In this document: positions 10,701 to 15,947 of the stretch, piece by piece | Layout: each line of letters opens with the position of its first letter | Numbering within the stretch: the stretch's first letter is position 1 | From: an uncultured virus (IMG/VR IMGVR_UViG_3300049734_000160) | Lineage: Duplodnaviria > Heunggongvirae > Uroviricota > Caudoviricetes | DNA length: 20,000 nucleotides | Virus record (IMG/VR): IMGVR_UViG_3300049734_000160 | Strand: one strand, 5' to 3' | Translations under genes and position numbers: made by a program | The notes under the pieces: generated by a model | The model's database searches: none | The model's input: the letters and a program-made list of their open reading frames with translations, nothing else | What the model was told of the DNA's origin: nothing

Positions 10701-13700
10701 CAAAGTTGGCGAACCCTTAAAGACAAAACCCGAGAAACCGTTGCGTCGCATGGTGCCGGCGCCCGCGCGACCAGGCATGCCGGAAGTGAAGCCGGCCGAT
10801 ATTCGGCCGACGGTGCAAACCTGGTGGAACCAGCAGTACGAGCGGGACCCGGGCTTTGTCACTAGAGAGAAACACCTGATTACCAGTCCAGTCGTGCCGC
10901 TCTGGACCCGGCTCACGGTTCGCAATGCCCGCGGGGACGCCGTTCGCCTGCACGCCTCTCGCGCCGTCACCGACGACAATGAGCGAGTGGTCGGCATTGA
11001 TATTCCGTCGCGCGCTATCCGGGAAGTATTGCGCAGGCTCGGCGCCGGGGCGGAGTCAGCCCGCTCGCCCGAAGATGTGTTCAATGCGGTCTACGGTAAC
11101 GGCGAGGACGTTGAGCTTATGGGCGGCATGAAGCTAAAGCGCACCGTGCTTCGCGGAAACCGGGCCATTCAAATACACGGCGTCATTCCTACCGATCGCA
11201 GGATCCTCGAGGACATGGGAGTGATAGTTGAGCGAGGTCTGCAGACTCGCTACTTCGTGCCCGCCGACCCCACTAGAGGCATTGAAGTGCTCGGCAAGAT
11301 GCTTGGACGTTGGCCCGTCTTTGACCCGCGCGCCGCGACGACCGAAGGCGCCGAACTCGAAGGCGGTGATGAAGGCGAAGGCGGCGCGGCCGGGATGCCG
11401 GGTCAATCCGCGCTCGAAGAGAAAAAGGCCGATGTGGCCGAATGGGAACGCCGGCAAGTCGCGGCCAATAAGCGCGTGGAAGCAGGCAAGTATGAATACG
11501 CTGAGCCGCAGGACGAAGAGGACGGGTTAAGCGCGGCGTCGATTGACGACGAGCTAGGCCTGCAATACCAGGAACTGGATGAAATGACCCGCGGTGGTGG
11601 GGCCATGGGAATGCCCGCCGAAGCGGCCGCGGAAACCGAAGCACTGCAGCGCGCATCCGCCGCGCAACTCCACAACTATGGCGAACGCGCCGCTGAGCCG
11701 GACGAGCTTCCGGACCACGAAGCGCAGATACGCGCCCGGTTCGAATGGGTTGAAGAAAGTAACGACGTTAGCGAGCCCGAGATCTACTCGCTGGAACAAG
11801 AGCTTGAGGATCAGGCTGAGTACGAACAACGCGCCATGGCCCGGGTCAACGGCGTTAGCAATTGGGACATTCGCATGGATCCGGAAATTGGTATGGAGAA
11901 CGTCAAGGTCTCCACCGCTGATGTGCGCGACGAGTTTCTAAAGATGTTCGAAGCGATTGGACACTCGACCAGTATTCGTTCCGGTCGCATGGGCCGCTAC
12001 TCGAAAACCGCGCTCGGCATCACCTTGCTGCACAGCCAGGTAATCCGGCTCAAGGAAGCATGGCACATTCCGGTGATGGCCCACGAAGCCGGCCACGCGC
12101 TGCAGGCGGCTATCTACGGTAGTTCGCTCTCGCCGGCGATTAAGCATCTGCCGTTGCCGGTGCGCCGCGAACTGGTCAAACTCGGAAAGGACCTCTACGG
12201 TTCGACGAAGCCTTACGGCGGCTATATCTCGGAAGGGTTCGCTGAATTCATGCGCTACTACCTCACGACCGAAGAGGCGCCGGCGCGCGCTCCATTAATG
12301 ACGGACTTTCTGGAGAACCAGATTCTGCCGAACAATCCGAAGCTGGCGAAGGCCTTCCCCAAGGTCAAGAAGAAGATCGACGAGTACCGATTCCAGGGCG
12401 AGAAGCAGCGCAGCCTCGCCCAAACGACCAGTGAGAAATCATTGAAACAGCGCTACCGCGAAACCGTGCGTAGCTTGACCAAAGAATTACCGAAAGACTG
12501 GATTGATGAGCTAACCCCGATCTTTCATACCTCGCGCGCGGTGCAGGAGACGGCCGGCGTCACGCTCCAGCCAAAGCAAGATCCGGAAATGCTCGCGAAG
12601 TTCTATCGCGGCACCGGCAATCACGTCGCGCGCCTGATGTTTGAAAAGGGCATGGTGGATGGTGATCTAAACTTCATTGGTCCCTCCTACGACCAGGCCG
12701 TCATTGGGCCATTGCGCAACGTCGGCACGCGCCTCGGCATGAACGCCGAAGAACTGCTGGGTCAATACCTTTGGGCGCTGCGGGCGATCGAGCGCTTATC
12801 GCCCTATGTCCTTGGCGGTGAAGAAACGGGCGGTGCCGGCATGTATACAAAGCTCGTCCGGCAGCGCGGGCGATTAGTGCCGATTCCGAAGGAAGTTAAA
12901 AATCCGGGCAAGAACATAGAACAGGCCCAGTACATGAAGCGCCTGATTGAAGAGGCCGCGCCCGAGGTCCAACTGGCCGCGGCCGGCTGGTACAAGTTCT
13001 ACGACGGGCTGATCAATTACGTGCTGGAAGTGAACCCCGATCTAGAGCCGGCCGTCCGGCGGCAGTTACGCACGGCGGCCTATTACGCGCCCCTGCAACG
13101 CTCGTTTGATGAAATCGAAGCGCAGGTGATGGGTAAGCAGCAAGCGTTTGCGGGGCAACCGCTGGTCCGGGAAATGAAAGGTTCGGGCCGCGGCATCATT
13201 GCTCCCACGCGGCAGATATTTCTGAACTTCGAACGGGCGATTAGCAACGCGCACAAGCACCGGCTCTGGACGGCCATTCTCGACCTGGAACAAATTCCCG
13301 GCATTGGCAAGATCGTGGAAAGAGTTCCGGTCGGCAAGATGCCGGTCAATGTCCCGCTGGACCGGATTCGCAAGCAACTTGAAGATGCTGGCATTGACAC
13401 CAGTGGCGCCAATGGCGATGAGATTCTCACCTACTTCCTGCCAATGCAGCGGCCCAATGGCCCACAGCCGATCATGCCGCTGGTGCGCAACGGGAAAGTC
13501 ACGTGGTACGAGATCTCGCCGGAACTTTATAACTCGCTTGCGGGCCTCGATGTGTTCCGCCCGGATAAGACGTTCTATGTTTACGCGCAATACTTCGCCC
13601 GCGCTTTCCGCCTCGGCACTACCGGCCTGCGACCCGGCTTCGGCCTGATTAGCAATCCGGCAAAAGACATCCCGGCCTGGCTAGGCCAATCGCAGATCAA

Positions 13701-15336
13701 GTCAAAGAACTCCCTTAACCGGTTTCAGTTCTACACCCGCTCGCTGGGCGCCTCGCTGGGCTGGCTGATTACGAATCAGGCGAAGTGGCGCACCCCGGGA
13801 TTTATGAAGCAGTCGACCGAGCTTTACAAGCTCTTCAAGCGGCTGCCTATCGAACTGGCCCAACCGCTGGGCTATGACATTCAGACTACGCGCAAGTACG
13901 GCAAACGTCTCTGGCGCCCGCGCGGTAAAGAGATTCTGCGCCACCCGCTGAAACGGGTCGTCACGTCCACGCCCATTGATTTTCTGCGCACCGTGTTTGG
14001 TTGGCCCGAGGCGATACCGCGCATCGCGGAAATGGTTGGGCTAATGAAAGACGTGGGCTATAAGCCCGGCGATCCGATGGATATGAACACGGCCATTATG
14101 CTTGCCGTTGCCGCCCGCGAGGCCACGGTTGATTTCTCGGCGGCAGGCGCTAAAGCGAAGGTCTGGAATCAAGTGGTCCCGTTTTTCAATCCCGCCATTC
14201 AGGGAACACGGTCGTTTGCTCGCGCCTGGAAACGGAGTCCGTACAACGCCTTTATGACCGGCATGACCCTGGCGACCGCGTCGCTGATGCTCTGGTGGCT
14301 CTATAAGGACGAGGACTGGTTTCGGGATCTCGACGAGGATGAGCGCAACCGTTTCTGGAATGTCAAGGTAGGGGACCAGGTGCTGCAAATTCCCAAGTCG
14401 CAGGAATGGGGCACCATCTTCGGCACGCTGCCGGTTGAGCTAATAGACAGCGCTTACCAGGAGGATCCGGACCGAGCCATCAGCGCCATGAAGTTTCTCA
14501 TGGACAGCATGCGACCGAACGTCCTGCCGGTGCCGGTAAGCGCCGCCCTCGAACAAAGCTCTAACTGGAATGAATTCTTTGGCCGCCCGATCGTGCCGGC
14601 GGCTTACGAGGAACTGGCGGCCCCTGAGCAGTGGAACCAGTACACTTCGGAGACCGCGAAATATCTCGCCAGGCATTTGCCCAACTGGCGCATTCCCTAC
14701 ATGAACGTGCCGATCAATTCCCCGATGCGGATTGACGCGGCGATCCGTGAATTTGGCGGCGGCGTCGGCGCTGACATCGTCAACGCGCCGCGCCTCATTT
14801 CTAAAACCGGCCAGGCTCTGAAAGGCGCGGTCAGTGGTGAAGGAGCCGGCGAAGATTACACACCCTCCGATTTACCCGTCGTGGGCCGGTTGTTCCGGCG
14901 TGGCGGCGTGGTCGGCACGGGTCGTTCGCCGCAAGTCACTAAGTTTTACGAAAAGCTCACCGAGGCCCGCCAGTTGTCCGTGTCGAAAGAGCGCGTGGAA
15001 ACAGAGGAACAACGCACTGCGCGCCTGAATTTGGAAGAGGCCAACGTCGCCATTAAGGCTTTGCGCGATGGCGCCCGGGACGAGAAGAACGCGAAAAAGC
15101 GCGACGACATGTATCGCCTGCTTAACGATTTCGCGCGGCGCGCTCTCGCCGGTGAGCAGGTCTACACGCCCAAGAAAAGGACCGAGCGCGAAGAAACCCA
15201 ACATGAACGGTCCCGCGAAAAACGCGAGCAGAGAGCGATCGAGCGTTGGAGCGGAGAAAGGAAAGGCGAAGAGGGTGGCAGCCGTGGGCCAACGCGGCGC
15301 CGGCCGAGCTTACCCACTTCACCATTAGCACCATGA
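1753..15336 (+). CDS. Giant polyvalent virion protein (4527 aa): SLT lytic transglycosylase + DNA methyltransferase + Strawberry-notch SF2 helicase + zincin metallopeptidase + LPD38-like region (DarB-like anti-restriction/ejection protein)
   Basis: Uninterrupted 13.6-kb ORF with recognisable motifs for each domain (see domain features); 3-nt gap to the upstream gene and ATGA overlap with the downstream gene. Confidence 0.92.
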   Translation: MDQAQNNKPKSAQMTLREFIDAYGEKLGVPRQLRESIFEQESNWNHYWPNGSVKVSPKGARGVGQLMPDTARRLGVADIDDPIQNAEGSLRLQKQLYEKYLKAQGDPNEAALLAAAAYNAGEGAVDKFRGVPRYRETQNYATRLAQQLKANPIQGLPTRAVAPQQKPIAPVTPPTPTRPAPAPFAPPPLPSNEPVELGEAPPVPTRPATLAEFQEQEPPPYMGPALTSPPPLGAPVLPDPATLPITQQAMAATPMWVPKEFSPRPPVGLPTRRPQRTRAPGTLNVAVRNALRNPEQLGRDLEAHFGPDALSVIRNLSPQQRRQMVYMANRAAAQDARKKAEHYKQTGQWLEIPRPPIEENRKRVGAPPLGTTSIADLRMRDDTRAVLADLKRQDDALLTAPGSMPGRTVPSIEEFMPAPEKPVTFEEDRAKRVEATRPIIGRGEFLQRDEPAAARQAKLLNEARDRAAREVAAEVAAGHQPTYQKLMSNRAQGWGEFLEGKVEEKASGYVANFREREDRLTAVEQGLAGEVPLKALSKEEARDRAAKEVAAEVAGGHQPTYEKLMSTRAQGWGDYLEQKVAERTGQYVREARAEQSQVPRLGLMDKLRELSEKPSQVVPFLRSASNIVDLLELGLSAERVSKGEGTEEDELKIREYQVAGQQDQTMGYKIANIVSALPGFALELGATSGAFTFGREAAVRGLEKLITKKGLGMLEQKLTGKLLSKSIQNIAGAAAQTIPAGAASIPEGVLYRQREGKDFATALAETLGDQFIEVASERTGGIFSHIPVPKRLAAIRDAITARWIAKSPGRTAAQLQKLVEKTGWHGPLGEVFEERVGDIARYTAGLQDYPIAGAEGGWRGVAEQLLTEGLAFSVPSAGAAAATRLERKAPQVAKAVQRGASRLLELAGGKPAAPTPEAPAAEAPEPKTEFAGGWTMPDEAAIQDVVKFSEHENVAARQEIDFTEHFGEYGLERAEVARQYLPQLRQRFERLQKIKQVLSEGELSEADREKLTGAYNDFVQDYQAAYNEFREGFDHQASERLRALVERDEFEDVDRSGAETLEFQAKGANNGATVDVLKVPEGWMSRASIQHDIGGFGDAGHSRTSTVFTSREAAIKNAAQKVLDYAQRELENPPPNLTQRDREMLPRAIKWAKSHGAEGEIKPATIDEIEQTIPEPEEAEAKEPWEMTREEFRRHVIATEGPGGQPRDIRESEAQARIHRDYVETAIREGKTVPPEVLAEYPDLAPKPEKEEADKEEEPPPPPTAAKRVRFRTPKGDIEGTVIKEFTTKEGVPTYQVQVEGRDKPYTVAQKNTTVLGGPTEAAPPEAKPPKVTPPPKPKPPQGEMGPGERRAYKGYLITAGRTRGEYHVSKDNTHITTQPTLAGAKAAIDSLVPAAPPPPKPPETRPPAPPPEAKPPSAPPPPAGTKPPPKLSPETLERIRKAKEKLQQKGGPAPTGGAMGMPEAPGEGEGGFDEEDVLDVAMVGHELFQNGIRDQAEWGQMLRDLIDPAIEPYLADIWETAVLHHFNEGGDTSDLPEEWNPQEAAPPQAPEEKEPEEEEAEEPETPEHEDLVPGTTKLRNRIYDFLHNEQGPLGYRQLDAMADEAFGGSRAEGRYEPRDMYDALEAALAKHIGAMDLSNVDPREALAQMRRLVQRLPTQTTRTAEQIGLQQFSTPPTIGYIAAVALQARPQDVGVEPSAGTGILAALMRAVGTGQVHVNEISPRRSGLLHGQGYDSQHRVDAQHLNALLPQTIRPTIVLMNPPFSTQMGIDKTSTKNGFDHIEQALARLEPGGRLVAVLGQSARFDRSTMHDYWDRLMKKYNVRANIGIPGDEYRKFGTTFGTQLIVIDKVGPTPGATFAERMNNVVQVDPADLEGVLDAVQQLPLREQTAPPLGGGRGPGESPSGGGPGGQSEAGGERPPAGGGPPGGTGTTEPGLEPGETPPTGPEEVAGEGGEAGGTEPGGTEPAGPGGAAPGGLGGPGEPTAPTAEELGVEYQTEASKREAESDLFVDYKPAKLTGGQPHPGRIVESASLAAVDPPDITYVPDLDPEIISKGIISGLQLERITYAGQRHNQRLPNGQRSAYYVGDGTGVGKTRILAGISLDNWNQLTKAGKPRRIAWFTVNDGLVGSVEDAMKALLQLPQKADLSEHFPFHLLGDYDLGDDLGELAGDGMMFVTYNTFIQEGSKVGESRYKDVLDWLGEDGVIILDEAHKAKNAEAAQGAGSQTGEKVVRIQEEGSPDLKVVYASATGATEIQNMAYMQRLGLWGQGLSFPDFEAFKGAIRGDDLGAMEMITRDMKALGMYGAAQLSYKGVTYRSLKHQLDEDQEYVYNVAARAWQQVIDAFETALNDQRAPGQRRGRIRSQFYSTEQRFFRLLLTAMKTPTLLADIEKVLADPVQDRFDPESGKVVKGHGGVEYTEVADSNSSLLLPPRQASGDPEEVRARMNMQRQVLAAGGKQPELTVPNIGKTRRMPAQVVISFLYTGESQADREVTQAKARGISLEELDFSPKRMLISLVDQYFPTERYRDVPIPGTNRTRREVVVDEDGNPVHDPELVARKQAMIAELDDTLKLPENPMDQIVNYFGPENVAEITGRSKRLIRDPVTGKEEYVLRTGSEREGRGRVSKKRANLHEREDFQNGDKRIAMISKAAQVGIDLHADSLKPSAHHRRVHYIFESAWSADDQLQNNGRTHRTNQNSEPDYVLVESNVGGEGRFFASVARRMANVGALSQGERKATGSTFDDYDFENQYGQTAARTILQHVQNRRAPPEFIDAPEDWDAMDVLRKMGLTDNDPDDVSQPLRVKPGEITSIGVTRFLNRVLALELHDQNPMFRWFIGEMERIIEAAKSSGTFDAGISDIKGLSVRKAQQDVVHRDQVTGAASHYVKLEVDEPTVPVSVDDVKGTQQLAGGFRGRTGLSNTLWRQKVSGNIIFVQEASARTDPATGATHYFFFQTRPSGRLDSLISEQDLREKYEQVQWADKVGEPLKTKPEKPLRRMVPAPARPGMPEVKPADIRPTVQTWWNQQYERDPGFVTREKHLITSPVVPLWTRLTVRNARGDAVRLHASRAVTDDNERVVGIDIPSRAIREVLRRLGAGAESARSPEDVFNAVYGNGEDVELMGGMKLKRTVLRGNRAIQIHGVIPTDRRILEDMGVIVERGLQTRYFVPADPTRGIEVLGKMLGRWPVFDPRAATTEGAELEGGDEGEGGAAGMPGQSALEEKKADVAEWERRQVAANKRVEAGKYEYAEPQDEEDGLSAASIDDELGLQYQELDEMTRGGGAMGMPAEAAAETEALQRASAAQLHNYGERAAEPDELPDHEAQIRARFEWVEESNDVSEPEIYSLEQELEDQAEYEQRAMARVNGVSNWDIRMDPEIGMENVKVSTADVRDEFLKMFEAIGHSTSIRSGRMGRYSKTALGITLLHSQVIRLKEAWHIPVMAHEAGHALQAAIYGSSLSPAIKHLPLPVRRELVKLGKDLYGSTKPYGGYISEGFAEFMRYYLTTEEAPARAPLMTDFLENQILPNNPKLAKAFPKVKKKIDEYRFQGEKQRSLAQTTSEKSLKQRYRETVRSLTKELPKDWIDELTPIFHTSRAVQETAGVTLQPKQDPEMLAKFYRGTGNHVARLMFEKGMVDGDLNFIGPSYDQAVIGPLRNVGTRLGMNAEELLGQYLWALRAIERLSPYVLGGEETGGAGMYTKLVRQRGRLVPIPKEVKNPGKNIEQAQYMKRLIEEAAPEVQLAAAGWYKFYDGLINYVLEVNPDLEPAVRRQLRTAAYYAPLQRSFDEIEAQVMGKQQAFAGQPLVREMKGSGRGIIAPTRQIFLNFERAISNAHKHRLWTAILDLEQIPGIGKIVERVPVGKMPVNVPLDRIRKQLEDAGIDTSGANGDEILTYFLPMQRPNGPQPIMPLVRNGKVTWYEISPELYNSLAGLDVFRPDKTFYVYAQYFARAFRLGTTGLRPGFGLISNPAKDIPAWLGQSQIKSKNSLNRFQFYTRSLGASLGWLITNQAKWRTPGFMKQSTELYKLFKRLPIELAQPLGYDIQTTRKYGKRLWRPRGKEILRHPLKRVVTSTPIDFLRTVFGWPEAIPRIAEMVGLMKDVGYKPGDPMDMNTAIMLAVAAREATVDFSAAGAKAKVWNQVVPFFNPAIQGTRSFARAWKRSPYNAFMTGMTLATASLMLWWLYKDEDWFRDLDEDERNRFWNVKVGDQVLQIPKSQEWGTIFGTLPVELIDSAYQEDPDRAISAMKFLMDSMRPNVLPVPVSAALEQSSNWNEFFGRPIVPAAYEELAAPEQWNQYTSETAKYLARHLPNWRIPYMNVPINSPMRIDAAIREFGGGVGADIVNAPRLISKTGQALKGAVSGEGAGEDYTPSDLPVVGRLFRRGGVVGTGRSPQVTKFYEKLTEARQLSVSKERVETEEQRTARLNLEEANVAIKALRDGARDEKNAKKRDDMYRLLNDFARRALAGEQVYTPKKRTEREETQHERSREKREQRAIERWSGERKGEEGGSRGPTRRRPSLPTSPLAP
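1792..2190 (+). other. Soluble lytic transglycosylase (SLT/GH23-like) domain of the giant protein
   Basis: Catalytic QES (E at 1873-1875), GARGVGQLMP (1927-1956), AYNAG (2101-2115) and ETQNY (2158-2172): the canonical SLT motif series. Confidence 0.92.
3136..3498 (+). repeat. Internal duplicated 43-aa unit (3136-3264 and 3370-3498; period 234 nt)
   Basis: EARDRAAREVAAEVAAGHQPTYQKLMSNRAQGWGEFLEGKVEE vs EARDRAAKEVAAEVAGGHQPTYEKLMSTRAQGWGDYLEQKVAE, 35/43 identical by hand count. Confidence 0.95.
5700..6060 (+). repeat. Pro/Lys-rich low-complexity linkers (PPEAKPP x2, PPPKP repeats) flanking a small domain at 5800-5928
   Basis: APPEAKPPKVTPPPKPKPP and PPPPKPPETRPPAPPPEAKPPSAPPPPAGTKPPPK read directly from the translation. 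Confidence 0.85.
6487..7410 (+). other. Amino (N6-adenine-type) DNA methyltransferase domain, motif I before motif IV (gamma-like order)
   Basis: QQFSTP (6763-6780), SAM-binding EPSAGTG (6841-6861), NEISPRR, catalytic NPPF (7036-7047), LEPGGRLVAV. The lead-in AFGGSRAEG...YDALEAA...LPTQTTRT resembles plasmid/ICE 'methylase/helicase' proteins. Confidence 0.9.
7391..7810 (+). CDS. Candidate overprinted gene (+1 frame, 139 aa, Leu/Glu-rich helical protein) nested in the MTase-helicase linker
   Basis: ATG 7391 preceded by GGAAGGGG, stop TAA 7808-7810. In 7441-7680 the giant-ORF frame has about 28/80 G/C-ending codons, versus 14-15/20 in sampled lines elsewhere, while the +1 frame has about 70/80 and reads as an amphipathic helical protein. 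Confidence 0.6.
   Translation: MPSSNSRFANKQRRLWEAVVDQVSLHPAEDLGAKVKLVENGLLQGEDLPAALALLNPDWSLERLRRLVPKRLLAKVARLEELNPEELNRLAQAALHLVGLADPANQLRLRPKNSGSNTKPKPASEKPNPISLSTTNLPS
7627..7656 (+). repeat. 15-nt tandem duplication ggaggaactgaacc(c/g)
   Basis: ggaggaactgaaccc ggaggaactgaaccg; GGTEP x2 in the main frame, EELNP/EELNR in the +1 frame. The 15-nt unit preserves both frames. Confidence 0.9.
7780..11330 (+). other. Strawberry-notch-family SF2 helicase/ATPase (AAA_34 + Helicase_C_4-like) with C-terminal extension
   Basis: HPGRIVESASLAAVDPP, LQLERITYAGQRH, Walker A GDGTGVGKT (8017-8043), DEAH (8383-8394), SAT (8500-8508), NMAYMQRLGLWG, VAEITGR, GIDLHAD, motif VI QNNGRTHR (9817-9840), RMANVGALSQGER. 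Confidence 0.9.
11890..12400 (+). other. Zincin-like metallopeptidase domain (MPTase of polyvalent proteins)
   Basis: HEAGH (12082-12096) after a beta-strand (VIRLK), plus a downstream helix EGFAE (12232-12246) supplying a likely third ligand. Confidence 0.8.
14080..14960 (+). other. LPD38-like C-terminal region
   Basis: AREATVDFS...G...VPFFNPAIQG, hydrophobic helix ATASLMLWWLY, DEDERNRFW...QIPKSQEWG, NWNEFFGRPIVP and SPMRID: a pattern I recognise from C-termini of large phage polyvalent proteins. Confidence 0.7.
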
Positions 15337-15947
15337 GATCAGATAAACAAAAAGTAAGACCGATCAGAGTGAAGTCACTGCCGAAAGCCGAACAGGTCGC
15401 GCTGCGTGTGCGCACGCTCGCCATGTTGAAATTCAACCAGGGAAACATTCGTAAGACCTCGCGCGAGACCGGCGTGAACGTCAATACCATTCGCACCTGG
15501 TTGCAGGTCAACGACGAAGCGACGCGGCAGATATTTCTCGAACGTAAAGCGAAGCTCGACGCCGAGGCCGCCGCGCGCAACGAGAAGATTATGCAGAGTG
15601 CGGAAGAGGCGGAGGCCGAACAGAACAAACTGATTGCCGACGCCTCGCGCACGGTCCACACGCTCTCCATGGACAAGATGATCGAGCTTGCTAATGGCAT
15701 CGTCGTCTCGCTCTTGCATGATTTGGGCACGTCGCAAAAGTTCTATGACCGCGTGATGGGTTTCGGCGTGGTGTTCGACAAGATTCAGATCATGCAGGGC
15801 AACCCGACCAACATCCGCGAGACGCATCGCGGCATGTCCCGCACGGAGCGCGCTGAGCGAGCAGAGCAGTTGCTGCGCACGGCCGAAGAGCGGCGCCGCG
15901 ACATGAAGGTGATCGCCAAAGAAGTTAAGCATGTCGAACAAGGATGA
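15333..15947 (+). CDS. Terminase small subunit (putative), 204 aa
   Basis: Start reassigned to ATG 15333, which forms an ATGA overlap with the giant-ORF stop. N-terminal HTH GNIRKTSRETGVNVNTIRTWL, central coiled coil, C-terminal 'DKIQIMQGNPT'; overlaps terL by 17 nt. Confidence 0.75.
   Translation: MRSDKQKVRPIRVKSLPKAEQVALRVRTLAMLKFNQGNIRKTSRETGVNVNTIRTWLQVNDEATRQIFLERKAKLDAEAAARNEKIMQSAEEAEAEQNKLIADASRTVHTLSMDKMIELANGIVVSLLHDLGTSQKFYDRVMGFGVVFDKIQIMQGNPTNIRETHRGMSRTERAERAEQLLRTAEERRRDMKVIAKEVKHVEQG

Noticed and set aside
15246..15332. Upstream extension of terS given in the ORF track (233 aa)
   Set aside because: It needs a TTG start deep inside the giant ORF; ATG 15333 gives a typical ATGA coupling.
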